64,000 bases of DNA from Iphione sp. A-MEVVRFRX5. Taxonomy: Eukaryota. A program made the position numbers and the translations under genes. The DNA lies in contig OZ320313.1 in NCBI GenBank assembly GCA_976226885.1, positions 116,126,001-116,190,000 of the forward strand, read 5' to 3'. This document shows positions 15,500-30,400 of this stretch, one piece after another (position 1 is the stretch's first letter; each line of letters opens with the position of its first letter). The notes under the pieces were generated by a model, which saw only the letters and a program-made list of their open reading frames with translations, ran no database searches and had not been told where the DNA came from.

Positions 15500-16750
15500 T
15501 TCTATTTTCTTATCCTTTCAGTGGCGAATGAATGTCCTTTATACAATCACCTTTATAGGCCACTAGACAAGCCGCGATCTGTAGGCATGGCCATTTCCAG
15601 AGCTGTAGATAATGTCACTCTCGTTAATGGTCGGTTCGGCTTTGGTATGCCCCATCATGATAAAGATGATCATCCGGACAGGCTTAAGCCGGTCTCCAAT
15701 TGGTTGTCACTCAGCATGTCACATGACCGATGACATCACGTGCGATCTGTAAGCGCGACGGTGCAGCCCGCCAGCAGCAACCAAGGCACTAGTTCGACCG
15801 GGTGTGCGCCCAGTCCCACGGCGTCTATCACTTCAAATTAAAGCAGGTCTGTTGGATAATTCGTTTTGCCCATATAAACACACTGCAGATAACAGGCTGC
15901 GACGATCAGTGTAAATTCTGTCCAAACGTTTGTGCTGGCGAGAAACGACCCCTGGCACGATCCACGTAGTTGACCGGCCCCGCAGCAACACTAGCACAAA
16001 GAGGGAGGAAAGCGATTTTTATTTTACAATAAACCATGTTGTAGTGGAAGCCACCTGCGCAGTAACATGAATGGATGTTCCCTGCTTAAAGTAACTTTCT
16101 CTACCGCTCCGCAAATTCCCTTGATTAGATGCATACTCTGTTCGTACTTCTTGCCAAAGGAACAAAAGCAGTCACCCCCGGGGTCACTTTCATTCAGGGC
16201 AATGGACAGTTATTCTACCCTTTCGCGACAAACAAACAAAAGAAGACAATATTTCCTATCGAGATGTTTGAAATCGTCTCTACCTGCCATTAGCCACGGG
16301 TAGATCAGTCAGTTATCTTTCCCAGTCAGTGTTTCACTTAGCACGGTTCGCATCCAGCCGCTTTGTCTAGTAAGTTGTTAGCGGGGATCTCTCTCAAAGG
16401 TTACCATGATATGCTAAACAACACGACAGCGGAAGTGGAAGAGGGACATTACATACTGGTATTTATGACTGTGTGTTAATATCAAACTGCAGTGCCAATG
16501 TGGTACTTTACATCCTTATCAAAATAAGATAATCGCATTTATATCAGATCCTTCACTAAACAGTGTGCTCTGGTTAACAGTTCTTTTACTTTCCCTCTAG
16601 ATGTACGAATGTTAGCCACAAAAATCAAATTGATACGACACTTTGCTGCATCGTAGCTGAAATTTTTAAATCGGAAAGGGATTGCCATGATGCCCACTAC
16701 GAATGGCCTTTTAAAGTAGAAAGTTATACGCCTTTATTAACGGTTTGTGA
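15500..16750 (+). mobile_element. Decayed CR1/L2-group LINE RT remnant
   Basis: ISRAVDNV (SKAFDxV-like), NQGTSSTG (PQGxxLG-like), PGVTFIQ, TNKRRQYFLSRCLKSSLP (KxxxRLYFLRRLK-like), in the expected order. Confidence 0.4.
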
Positions 16751-17799
16751 TATGATTCCCCTGCGTGATCTTATGTTACAGTTGTATAAATATCCTGAGT
16801 TAAGTAGGCCCTTTTCTTTCCTAATGGATTTAAACCATAAAATGTCGTAAGTGTCCATTGTAATGGATCATTTTCATGAAAAAGTCTGACAAGCGAACTC
16901 GAAAAAGTAATGACTGATCTAAAGTTGACCTTTAAAATGAAAGGCAGATGAAGGCGATTATCCGTGCTGATCAGGACATTTCTTTAAGTATTCCAAACAT
17001 CCATCTTAAAATATGAAATGGCATATTCTGTAGCCAAAGCCTAATCCTCTTTTAATGGATAGATTAAGTGTCAATTGCATGTCCAAGTGCTGACAGGCGA
17101 AATCGGCCATTAATCGTGCTCATACCCAAATCCATTACCCTCTGGTTTCCTACAGTTTTTCGTTTGTAATACATTTTACTCCTTATAGCTGTCTTTCCTG
17201 GTCCCGCATTGGTGTATGAGTGAGATTCTTGCAGTGTTTACCCTCGTGCATTGAGGTCTGTGATGCACAGAATTATAACCTAGCGGTTTTTACCTCCGGG
17301 TTTCTCCCATGAACATTTTCATCGCGACAAGTGCAGAGCGGTAGCCTTAGTTGACGTACGTAACTGGTGAGTCGTAAAAGACCAAAACCTCATCATGTAA
17401 GACTCGGATTCTCTTTAAATTACATTCGGTAGAAGTATAAAATGTGACCTCCATATTTCATAATTGCTTTAAGCAAATTAATGGTCCCACAACCCTGAAA
17501 GGAGGTTTTACCAGGTGTTGGTAGAAAAAAATTGGCAAATACATGTATATTTTCATTTGTAACATTCTCTATTACCATTGTGATGTCAACGTACAAGTTG
17601 TGTTGCCTAGAGAAGTAGTTTCTAATGCAAAGGTTTGTGCAACCTTCACGTGAGATTAGCGTATCTATGAGATTATGCATGACATGTCTGTACCCAGAAA
17701 GGTCAATGTCCTTTTTTTTCGCACCGTAAATTTTCGATGCCTTCGCGAACGATGATGGATCATCTAGCCATGAAAGCCGTATTCAAATGAGTGGCCATT

Positions 17800-18600
17800 T
17801 AGCCTTACCCTTTACATCCTTTGAGAGATACATAAAGAGCCAATCATTGGATCAGCCTCCTTTCATAGGCGCCCAAGCGTTGTCTATCAATGTCATGTGG
17901 AAACGTCTTGACCCCCATCCTTTTTTTATTTCAAGTAGGGGTCCTTTGGTTCATCCGAGGACCATGAAATGGCTTTGCTATCATTCCGAGCTCTCCCCCG
18001 CCCCATTACCACAGGGAACGGCCAATGCCGCTTCCCCGAGGGATCTATAAACGACAGGTCGCGCGTCTGGACACATCCCGGTAGCAGTGTGGAGTAAAGA
18101 CGCGGCAGGCAGATAGGTCCAGGCCTACCTCTAAACACTTGGCTATCTCTCCGCGCCGCATCCCCGCTGGTTTCCCTCCATCGCCCAACTGGATGATAGG
18201 GGAGGAGTAGGGAGTGATGAGGCTGATAAGGGGCGACCATCCAGCACCATTCGGTAGGGTCTCATGCCAAAGTACTGTGCAAAGCCCGCCCCCCTCCCCT
18301 CCACGCCGCAGGGCCCCAGTCCAGTCGGCCAGACCGTAACATCACCAGAGACGCTCTGGCTTAAATTCAGAGATGACAGGCATGCCAAGTTGGTAAAGAT
18401 GTTTGGGTTGCGAATGAGTTGAACCGCATCAGCAGGGAATGGGAGCACGCAAAGCAATAGTCTTGACCCGAGTGCGCCGCAGCGATACCGTTTGCTTATA
18501 TACAAGCACTTACAGCTGCGAGATAACGTTACAGGGCCTGGCTGAAATGGAAGGGCGTCAGTAAACATAGCTGACGTGATACATCTTTCCTTTTCAACTC
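17800..18600 (-). mobile_element. Decayed CR1-like LINE RT C-terminal remnant
   Basis: LPFQP..CKCLYISKR (FNxxKCxxLxI-like), followed by MEGNQRGCGAER (LExVQRRAAR-like). Confidence 0.3.
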
Positions 18601-21600
18601 ATCGGGTTGCCTTGAACGTGTCACGCGGTTCGAGTTTTTTTCCCTTCCAGTTTTTCTGAAGTTAGAAGAAACCTTATGGATTAGTTCATAGTCAAACACC
18701 TATTTTCCTTGGTTATTACCAGGTCTGATACAACTTTCGAGTCAGCAAAATGAAAAAAAGTTTCCTGTTTCCAGTGTGAAACGGAATGCAGGCTAGCGAT
18801 GGAAAACCTCAAGAGATATGAATGCAAACTTACGCACAAAGAAAATGAAGCGAGTCGTACATGTATTCCTCTTTTCCTTGTACATACAGAGGGAACATGT
18901 AGCATATAGTCGAAACCTAGTCTAATGCAGACAGGCATCGTGCGCCAGGCAAAAATGGACGGTGCTAGCTATTTCGTGCCTACCCGAGGACTTTTCATGC
19001 AGTACATTTTTGTCACTGTCCCGGACGTTCCTGACGAGTTTCTATCTTATCTCTAATCTCAGTGCTCTTTAATGCAAGTATCATTGACTGCATGGGCGCA
19101 GTGCACAGAGTTCACTTCTGACGGAATATCGACTTTTAGCCTCATTTTGTACAGACTTCTCCCGAGCAAAAGCCGACTTAGAGCAGCCAGTGGAATGTAA
19201 CTCATGCTCGTCACATACACCACTTTGGATCACCTAACCAACTGGAGACATTGAGATACCCAGTTTGATGAATGCGCACTAGGTGCGTGCATCTAACCAT
19301 TATTTAAGTGGTGCCTGGCCTGACGGGCAAGGTATCTATCCTGTTGCTGCTTTTCTATTGTACCTATGCGCGCAGCGGTATCATCTCAAATCGTTTCTTA
19401 CTCTTGTTTTACCCCACAATAGATTCTAATGTGCGGAACGGAAACAAAGAAATCAAAGGAAAGCAGATTCGATTCAGTAAACAAACCATGATATCCAGCC
19501 TTTCAGAATGCTGTAAGTAATCTGCGAGTCTCTAATTCATAACTGTATCCGTGCGCGTTCGTCAATTGTGTTTGTGCCCGTTCGAGACACAATATGAATC
19601 AAATAGTTTTTGTCCTAGTCAGACCTAATTTTAAATGCATGTACTATCATACGGAATTGCAAGTGATTATCTTTAATAACCTGACGAACAATCAACGGAA
19701 ATCATTAAATTTGTTTTTATATATTTACTACAATGCCCAATGCTAAAGTATGATTCCGGATAAGGTAGAAGGAAGATCACAGATCAAACAGATAGTCAGA
19801 ATGGCACCGCCTCATAACCCTCCTTTCCATATACTACTATGAAGAAGGAGGGTCCAACAAAGAAAGACCATGTATAGGAAGGCCAAGTACTCGTGCATCT
19901 GTAACAGTCCGTGTCCTGATAATGTCATCCGAATGTCCAAATCCCTCTTATTGGGCTGCCACAGTAGTGATGCTCTAGGTCGTGGAACATTTCTGTTGAT
20001 TTATACGAGAAGTTTGAGAGATTAATCCACGTCGGAGAATTCAATTTGATTTCTTACGATTTTGCAAGGTTGGCGGTTGCCATCTGATTTATCTTTTGAA
20101 GACATTCCTCCTGGAACGTGTTAAGACGTGAATTTCTCAAGGTTCATTCTAATATTGTAAATAAGCAGAGGGCTTGTGTAAAAGCCTTTACTCTGACATG
20201 GGACCATTACCAGGCTGAATTATAATGGAAAAAAGAGGACAAATGCAGCTCAGTCGCTAGGGTAGGACAATGATGGAATGCCTATGCATTTCAATATTCT
20301 AGATAATATAAAAATATTTACTGTGAGCGTTTTTTACAGTGAAAAACCGATGTTTATGATATGACAATATCTGTTTAAAAAAAAAAAACTGTACCACCTG
20401 CATGTAACGTGACATAATTTGTTTTACTGCATGGTAAAACGTTGCATATAACAGGTATAAACATGTCAGGCAAAACGTGTTTAAATGTAAACACTTGTTT
20501 TAGAGTGTACCTTTAAATCAATTTGAAAGAAATACTCAAATTGCACTGCATTGTTTGATCCACAAAAGTAAAGTACCTTGTAATTGTTGGGCCAATGAAT
20601 ATAAAAGTATTACTATTTTTATTAAAAGACACAAAAACCGAGACATTTTAAAGATAATTTTCCTCAGTACCATTGCTATCGATTGAGATAGGCTGAAAAT
20701 GGTGCAAGTAGGCCGATGTCAGGATATGCAGGTCGTTAACAGGTGATCATTCCTATTTCTCCCAGAGGTAACATATCAAACACATAACTGTTGAAGTTCT
20801 TATAAATTATAAAAACAATTTAGACCTATTATTTTTAATACCTTTAAATGCATTTTACACCAAGAGCGTTTTTGAGGCAACTGACCAAGCAGAAATTGCA
20901 CAAATTGTGATGAATTGAATAATTCAAATGTCAATACCCCTTGAAAGAGTTCTAGCGTCGCGATGGGTGGCACTGGTCCTTCAAGAGGCAGCATCCGCCA
21001 GCCATTAGGAAGTAGGCTCTGAAAGGCCCCTGATTTCAGAAGCAGCTCGATCCCTTTGTGATCCATATCACTTTGTGTTGTTACGGTAAAGACATTTGCT
21101 AGGATGGGTCACTAAGGGGGTCGATGCGAGAAAAAAAAATACTATACAAAAGTGGAGCAAGGCCGGAACTCGGCATTAGCATTGCCATGGGTTTCTGGCA
21201 ACTTCGTCGGCCTCTGGCAAGGCAAAGCCTGCGGACACGGCCCGCGCATCCTTTATCATTACCTCGACCTTTTATGCCAGAGGTGGTCGCTATGGCCAAT
21301 CAGAGCGGGCGTGTTTGGCAGCGTGTCGCCTACTTCCGTGGACGCTCTGTGGTTGTCGGCTGACTGAGCCGGGTCGTCAGGCTGGCTTTTCGGGGAATGG
21401 CGCGTAGAAATAGTTGATGGGGGTGGTTTCTGCAGGCCACAAACGGACTTCCACACATAATGACCGGTTCAGGGCCCTGTGCTGCCAACCAAACACCTCT
21501 GTGTACCCTGCCCCCCTTTACTTTTCTATAACACGCCTCGTTAGAGCGCGGACACTGGCCAGACAGCCAGTGGCTTACCGCTTCGATTGGACACAAATTA

Positions 21601-24600
21601 TTTCTCATTTCAGGCCTATTTTCCGGTCGCCAGTCTCGCTTAAAGAGCGCTAATTCCTAGATGAAGACCTTTCGTCTACCAAGCTCAGATGCACATAAAC
21701 AGTATTAATACAGAGAATTACTCAGAATAGGCCGGATTAATTTTTTTTTGCTCCATAGATGTTGCAAATGTAACACAGTGTACTGGTTAGACTGCTCAGC
21801 ATAAAAGCAAGAAACTATTGACTGGCTAGTTGCCTCGTGTCTGTCAGGATTAATATTATTGAGAACAAATGAAGTATTCGATCTATGGAGACGGTATCTT
21901 GCATTTCATGAGGGTGTGGACGAATCTGGAAAATTTCACATACATATGTACATGTCTACCGTTCCACCCAACACCTCCATTGGTTATCAATTGGAAAAAT
22001 CAAGTCAAGGCGTATAGATGTCCTGCAATGTCATTTGACGCCCTCCTACTAGGTTCCCGAGGAGATGGACAGCAAACCCAGCAGCTCACTGATGTGACTA
22101 GAGAAATACGTGACAAAAAGGCCAATTTTAGGTGTCATATGGCAATATCTGGTGTACTTTACTCAGGACAGTTTTGTCTTGTACCCTCGAGCTGCAAAGT
22201 AGTCTGATAAATCTTACTTATCTCCAGTGGTAAAGTTCCTATATCTGGCTGTATCGATTAACACTTTTCGTTCTGAATTACCTAAATTCGTGAATATTGC
22301 GAGATCCATAGATTAATGATAGGACCCAAAAAAAGGTTTTTCAATGCGTGCAAAAATGCTGTAAATTCTTTCCGATTCGACTGTTTCCAACCAATGGCTA
22401 TATGCTTCTTTGGTCGGCTGGTTCGATTTTCACACCGGAGGGATGGCACTTCTCCTCGTGCTTTCCCCTCCACCTGCTTTGTGGTACAGTATGCTTCAAA
22501 GGACTGACATTACCCATCGCCTAGGCCCGTAGCATTAAGAGGTCAGGCCTACTGGGACATTGGATATGAAAGACCGAGCAGTGACAAGGCTCGGGGCAAA
22601 AACCCAATAGAAAACTCTGGCTCTTAGAGCGGGTCATGTTTGTTGCCGCCTGACCTCGAGGGCTTACAGAAAATGCGAGCGCATATATAACTTTTCAGAA
22701 GATCTTCATTTTTTCCAACTGGTAAGAACAGATCGTTTGGGCGTGTGAAGGCTTTTGTTCTGAAGTTGTTACACAACCTATTAAAACAATTGCCGGATGT
22801 GAAATTGAAAGATCAGCAGGCATTCCTTTTGCGTGATTATTCAGCTTTTCTATGATCATGAACAAGGTCCTACTGATAGATAAATAAAGAAATTGTATAA
22901 TATATGCAGCAAAAGGTATTAAGAGCAACTGTTTTCAATCAAAAGGAGAAAATATATGCAAGGTCTTTTACGGTTCCTGAAGTTTCCTTACATCAGGAAA
23001 GAGACAGAGATAAAGATACCAACACACAGATACACAAAGAATTATGTTCTTATTTAATAACATTCCAGTGCAGGTGGTTAAGGTGCTTGAATTATTTTAT
23101 ATTGTAAATATTTTACCAAACATGTGTATTATCCGATACGTAAAGCATGTGGTTGCATTGTATGCACATCTCCTGTCCAGAATAGTATTTCCCTAGACGT
23201 AGTCCTTTAGATCTATAGGGATAAATGAGGAAACTGTACAAAAACTGCTACACAGGTACACTGTTTATAGCAGTGTGTTAACTGATTTTAAGGCTAATAC
23301 TGGGAACAATACCAATATTTCTTTCTTACTAGGTGTTCTTCCTTATATTGATAAAGAACATGCTTGTCAATATATCATATATAAGTATTTATCATTGCTC
23401 TAACGTCGAGAGGAAGATACATTATGTTCTGTACGTGCGTGTTCAGATAAGGGAAAATATCTTGAGTGATAGACTCAACATTAAGTGATTAATATGTTCT
23501 TCTTCGTTTAATTACTAACTCATTATATACACAGTACATTGATAAGGCAAATATCTTTAATCTGTACGTCGTCCTGAAGACAGTGGATGTTGAATAACGA
23601 TTTCACTACCCGGCTCAAGATGTGGAAAAGATACGCTTCCAGGCACTTTTTAATCCATGAGCGTCAGGGCCTGCTGCTGTCTTGAGTTTTTTTTCTAGTC
23701 TCCAGTCTGACGGTTCGATGTAGTTGTCATGAAATCTACCAGGGCCACAGGCATATATGTCTAGCTTTTTTGATTAAAGAATCACAACAATCAAGATAAA
23801 ATTGACATGTCAGGCGGGCATATTGGTAGCTTAAAACACCGCCGCACTGCCAGGTTACATTCTTGTCCATGTCATCTTTGTCTCTTTTTACTATCAGGAT
23901 GCCTTCCTCTCCATCGTTCTTGTCTGAAATAATATGATGGGGAAAATACTCTGCATCTCTTTCTTCGGATTCAGCGTGGGACATAATTATGTCCTTATAC
24001 TCACCAATGAATTAACGTATTAAGGTACAATAGTGGACGAAGCTATCATAGTTTTGAAATATTGAAGGCATCAAGTTAAGCACACAAACTTAAAAGTCTA
24101 ACGGGCATATGTAGCTACAGCCGCAGCTATGTCCAGGTAAATAACGTACCAACAGTGACTGTTGGTTGAGCCTTTCCCTCGAGGTATGCGTCAGCATGTA
24201 AAGCCTAATAGAAATGTTCCAGCGACTGAGGCACTAGGTTGGTGACTCCGGAAATACCCACTTCTACCGGTCGACCCATTTATACCTTACAACTAGTGCA
24301 CCCGCATCTGGGAGTAACCGTTAGTAGCCATTACACTTCCATCAGAAACGGTCGTCTGAAGACGGCGCCTGGACAAGGAAGAGGAGGAGGTCGGGGTTCC
24401 TTTAACGCAGGGGGTAGGGGCAGCCCTGGGAACTGTAGGCTAACCCTTATAGCAATAAGTGTGGATCGCCCCCACGATCGCGCCGTGAGAGCCAGCACAA
24501 TGCCTTCATTGGCGATGATCACAGGAAAATCTTGGAAGCACAAGTGACACATTCCTAAGTCCTCGTTAGGGAAAGGACCGAGCAGAGAAGCGATGATCAG

Positions 24601-27423
24601 CCGAAGCCAAGCACTGCTAGTGTTAGATCTTAACTTTTCTTGCCTAATATTACTTTGTTGACTAAAACTTCAAATGCAGCCGTTTTTACAGTCGATCCTG
24701 TTAGCTCTGCCCGCTGTACCATCTTGACTCTGACAACCAAGTCCACAGCGATTTTTTAAACGTTATCTTGTTGTCCTCTCTGTATGGTAAATCTTTTTAA
24801 AAAAACTATAAGTGGTAAAACCTGAAAGTGCGTCTTTGCTTCCCCTGTGTTGATCCTACAGCATATGTGAAAGATGCATGTTGCTCTGTTGTGAGACGGC
24901 ATCATCAACCAGTCATGCTAGCCCTTCCTGGTTGGTATAGCCCTTGGATATTCCATTAGAGATGCCGCGGAACTCCTTCGCCGCTGCTCTCCTAGCGTTG
25001 TCAGCACAGGGGTTGGCCTGATGACGTGACATGGGATCCGTCGCCTTGAGCCTTAAAGCGGAGGCTGAAGTCCGCGTGAACCGGCAAACGCCGCCGGCCG
25101 TCGCCCTTAGAGTAGGGTTAGCGGGTGCATCGAGGCCCAAGCACCGGCGGCTTACGAGCCTCTAATGGGGAAACGATCACGAGAAAAATATATCCTTCAA
25201 GAGAGACCTGTAAAAGGACACGAAACCTATAAGCCTTGTGGTATTGTGGTGAACAATCATTTACCAAGATGGGTCGGGAAAAGAGCAGACAGCATCGGCT
25301 GATCGATGGCGAAGCAAGGGCACGGGTAATCTTCTGAGTCGTTTTAATGAAAAAGGGATAACTGGCAATTTTGTCATCGTTGAATAGGACATAATCTAAC
25401 AATGCATATAGGAACAGTAATATGTTGCAATAAAGGAAACACGATTATTGGTATTTAGGGACGAGCTGGAGGATCCTAGTGGCAATTTTATAAACTAATA
25501 TGCTGACAGATATTGTTTTGCTCAAAATCAGGAACCTTTATCCTCATAAATTTGTATTATACCTCATTCTCTTCCTTATGGCATATTTGGTGTGTTTTAT
25601 ATTAAAATCTGACAATAGTAACTGGTACTTTTTTATCTGTCTTTAACTGTTCCATAAGAATAACATTACAGAATATTTCTATGGGTGACATCATCAAATT
25701 GAGCTATGATAAGATTTTGTGGTGAAGGTAGCATTGAAACCATATATTTTTATATTTTTATCTTAATCAATACATATATTTAAACTTAAATAATGTATTG
25801 ATTACCATTGTTAGTCAGGTTTTGAACTTATGACATGAATTGTCTCCAAGATGACTACTTCAGCCATTTACTTCAATGTTAACCTCTATCGGCATCCTTT
25901 TGATGGTCAATGCTGGATAAATGAGCAATGATACCCAACGTTTTTTCATTACTTGCATTACAAATGATGCATAAAATATATCTGTGAAGTTTGAAGAAAG
26001 TCCATTGTCTACTTATTTTTGAAGCCACCTCCAGCTCTTGGCCTTAAGCATTTATGGAATCCCACAAGCATGTGTGGAACATGCGTCATGGAAGTTCAAC
26101 ATGTGCCTATGCCAAAATATGCGTTTTAACAAATGTATTTGGTAAAATCATGCATCCAACTAAGTGAGTCTGGAAATGATGTGTAGCAAATAATAAATGT
26201 CCTTGTGCAGATCAGGTTTCAGATAAAGCAGACATTTACTCAATAAATTCGTTTACCTCTTTACAGTGCCGCCTTAAGTGCATGTGGCAATGTCAACCAA
26301 TGAAATAACAGAATAAATACATCGTGCCTTGAGTTACTGCATAACATTAAGTAATATGGAAGTTGAATTATTTCTAAGTTTCCCATCCGCCTCACCTTTA
26401 CCAAATAGACTAGTACAAACAACGAGCCAGACGGAGCACTCATCTAGGCAGAATGTAACTCCGGTTTAAGTCACCACAGTACACATATATCAAGTAGCAT
26501 TGAGTAAAACGAGGCCTTTTTAAGCGTTATGTAACATTCAAAAGCGAGGAAAAGCGGATTATATGCCATCCTTCTACACAAAACAATTGTAAAAAGGATA
26601 AAGATTCCCAATGAGCAATAGTGGTTTGAAAGTGCTGAAGGCCAGACCTAGTGATAGTCATTGGGACCCATTATTGTGACATCAAAGACAGCTGTACCAT
26701 ATAAGTGGGACTGTCCATGAATGCCTTCTTCCAGGCAGAATGCTGTGAAGTATGAATTAAAACCCCTTAGTATGAAATGGCGGATTAGCATCACTGCGAC
26801 GGGATCAACGTAGTGAGCGACTCTCAAAAGCGAGGCAATCGTCCCATTACAACAATCGCACAGCAATTAGTTTAAGTCGCCGAGCTTTGCAGACTTTATC
26901 AACCACCCAACTTATTCCATTCGGGACTGGTCCTAGAAAAAGGCAGCAGACTCAAAGCTGATTACTTCAGAGGCTGTGGCTGTCTCCACTCGGCTGTGCC
27001 GGGCCAGGCGTCTCCAAGACTGACGACGACTGCTCCGTCTCACTGTGGCCTCGTGTCCGGACGCTTCACGCATCTCTGCTCAGCCTCGACTATCTGCCGC
27101 AGCTTCCATTGACGTGCTGGCTCTTATCTCGCCTACAGACCGACTCTGAGCGGACTGTCAAAACGTTTGTAATGTAAACACGTTATGAAATTAAATAGTA
27201 AGCATCGCGAAGTGCCCGTTTAGCGACAATCCGCCAGATAGCAGCCACTGGCTATAGGGGACGCTCAAAAGGCTTCGCGCTGCATATGAGCTTTCAACCT
27301 CAATCAAAAGGCGAAAATTATCCATATTGTAGTCCATTTGGGGGCTATTCAACACCTGTCGGTTTTTAACTTATTGCTGCAAAGAGAAGAAAGAGGAACC
27401 ACCTCTACACTGACTAAAGCTCC

Positions 27424-27425
<2 letters not shown>

Positions 27426-27469
<44 letters not shown>
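27426..27469. repeat. (CT)22 microsatellite
   Basis: Perfect dinucleotide run. Confidence 0.98.
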
Positions 27470-27471
<2 letters not shown>

Positions 27472-30400
27472 ACCTTTTATGTGCAGTCTCCCGGCCTAGC
27501 CTTCTATTCCCATGATTAAATATGTCACTCAGCCTGATACACCTAAAGCAGCACGGGCCTCAATAAACTCTTCCCAGACTAACAACGCTTCACCGTTTAA
27601 AACTATTAAAGACCAATGAGAGATTCAATAAATCTGATTTGAGTGAACAGCTACTGTATGACAGAGAACAGTTACCATCCATTTGACAATTTGATTGACC
27701 ATAATGGCTTACAAACGGATTGTAGGCTGCGAATGCTGCCAGCTATGACACAGTGTCGAAAATATTATGATGGTCTAATTCCCACAAAATATCACCTGTG
27801 GACATTTAGGATAGGTATGTGTTCTATGATGTATCAGGGAGAATAATCCCTTTGGGCGTGATATTCAAATTGGATAGTGCACAGTTTGACTCAAGCTTAG
27901 CAGCTACGTTGTCAGTATATTAAAGCGAGTGGCTCCTCGGTAGTCATTCCATTTAGGTGGCCGCTATGAGTGAGGATGTTGACATGTCGTGATCAGTCAT
28001 CCCCTAACACCCTATATTCCTGAACCATCAATCATTGCGTACGACTGGGAGGGGAATGTCCATGTTTCGTCTTCTTGCTATGCAATTCTTTTTGTCAAGT
28101 GCGAAACAAAAAAGGATCTCCTCATCCTCTCGAAACCTCCATCCAGTACTGGAGAGTGCATCAAGCAATCAGAAGACAAAGGAGCCCAATTAGATTTAGG
28201 CTCTAAGTCACGAGGCGTTCCCTAATACCCCCTTCAAATGAATTGCTTAAGGAGGCTCTAATGAAGTACACTAGATTAGAATTTAAGAACATTTGAGTCA
28301 ATACTTCGATGTGTGCTTCCTAGGTGAGTGGAATATTAAAAGACTGCCTACTTCTTATCTCCTTAACTTCTACAAACCTGATGTCGCTCTAGGCCGAGGG
28401 GACTTCGGCAAATGGGTTCCATTGGACAAGTCAATTATAAATCGATAACACGCAGCTGGGTATTCGATTTGCCTGATTACATTAAATTTGGAACCCGCTG
28501 TCTAGAGGGGATTACCTCCCATCTCTGCTATGGGACAGAATTGAATGGAGCAGTTAATACCAGTAAAAAGTCTATGGACCATCGGGAGAAAGGAAATGTG
28601 TTCCCGTATAGTACACTGGGCAGTTAGATTTCTCATTGTTGGCGGAACTTCACAATCCTTAAACACCTGTTTATTTTGTAATTGTCTACGGCGTTGCACT
28701 CTATCGGTGCTCCGCATTCCTAGCCTGGATCCTTAAACAAGATCAATATATTATCAAACTAATTAATGAAATTCATCAAGAGTCCAGAATATAATATTCT
28801 TAAGGAAATATAGAGATACATGGTTTAGTTCAGATGCAAACCGTCAAAACACCTAAAGTAATTATTCAGGGATCGGATTTATAAATTTTTAATAAAACAA
28901 TACTGGACTATTGCTTGCTGTGTAATGCAATTTCCTGATATTCTGATGCTTACGCTTCTACGGGATTGCCCATCTTACTTATCGCTGCTTGCCGGTAGTT
29001 TAGAGATCCCCTGAGATGCACTGAAAGCCTTCGGCACACTCCAACTTGACCCGCTAAAACATATCTGATAGTACCCATTGCCCGGCGGGGAATGCGTTAA
29101 ACTTGTTATGTTAAGGGATAGAGAGCCCTGAACACATGGTCTTGGCGCTAAACGCAAGAAGCTCACAAGATGTCGTGCTGTCGGGGGAGATCTGAGGGAG
29201 CTGCTCCATAACACACCAGGAAATGATGCGGATGTGGTGGCTAGCGCACCTGATTTATCATTAACGACCCAGCAGTGGGTATGCTGCATCCCCGGGGGGG
29301 CCGATATTAAACCCGTCTAGACATTTGTCTCGTCGCCATCACCCAGCACGCTGTAATCGGGCAGCTATATGACTGAATCAAGTATTTGTTTTGACCTTTT
29401 TACCTCATATTTTTACCCATTGGACATTGATAAAGTAAGTATTTCAGCAATTCTCGTACTTCTTGGGTCTCTAGGTGAGGTTATTAAAGGGCGTCAGTAT
29501 GAAATCAGTTTTTTATTACACCTAGCGGTAGATAATATGAGCCACCGGGGAAGTATGAATGAAATGCTGGCTTAATAACCTCAGAACAGAGGCATCGCTC
29601 AGTGAATCGTACATGCCGTTTTATTTGTCCGATTTTTGTGCACTGACCTATGTGGATCGGGTTAATTCACATGGAGCGTGAGGGTGGGTGGCTCCAGTCT
29701 ATCTGACCATCCAGACATCAAGGCTGTGCGGCTGTGCGGGTAGCAAGCGTGTTTGTGGCCAATAGGGTGGTGGGTAGCCACGTTGGTAGTTTACAGTCAC
29801 GCCGCAAATCCATCAAGGGTGGTCGCTAGTTGCAAAGCTGGCCTGTTGGAGCAGTGTTCAAGGTTTTCATGAACAAAGAGCCCTATAATTACGTATCTCT
29901 GACATTCTCATTGAGGTGCTGTCTAATCACGGTTGGTGTGCAGGAAATTAACGATACTTGTTAATGGCTATCATGTCTGCTAACAGTATGAGCATACCAG
30001 AGGATAAACGCATTGCTTTATTGAATAAACCGTTCGGTCCGTGGTAGCACTGAGATCTTGAGGAATTCTAGCCCGTTCCTAGACCTGCCAGATGAATCTC
30101 ATAACTAAGGGTTTCCGACATTTTTATCTTGTTTGAATCAGCTCTGTATACATCCCCCCATATGTCTCAAAATATCTAATTTTATATCATCATCATATCG
30201 TATCGTCTGAGGTTTTGCAAACTGGTGAAGAAGCCTTCAAAACATTAAGGTTTCATTTTATCCAGAATTTCAACTACGAATACTGCACTTTTTCATGGAA
30301 ATAATTTGGGACCCAGTTGGCATTCGATCTTCCTGGGAATTGTCCCGACGAGCATTTAATCGTCTTTAATATCCCGTTTACCATGGAAAAATATCACGGA

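Noticed and set aside
23736-23984. Weak chromodomain-like ORF
   Set aside because: Lacks the conserved YLVKW aromatic core; no LTR-retrotransposon context found.
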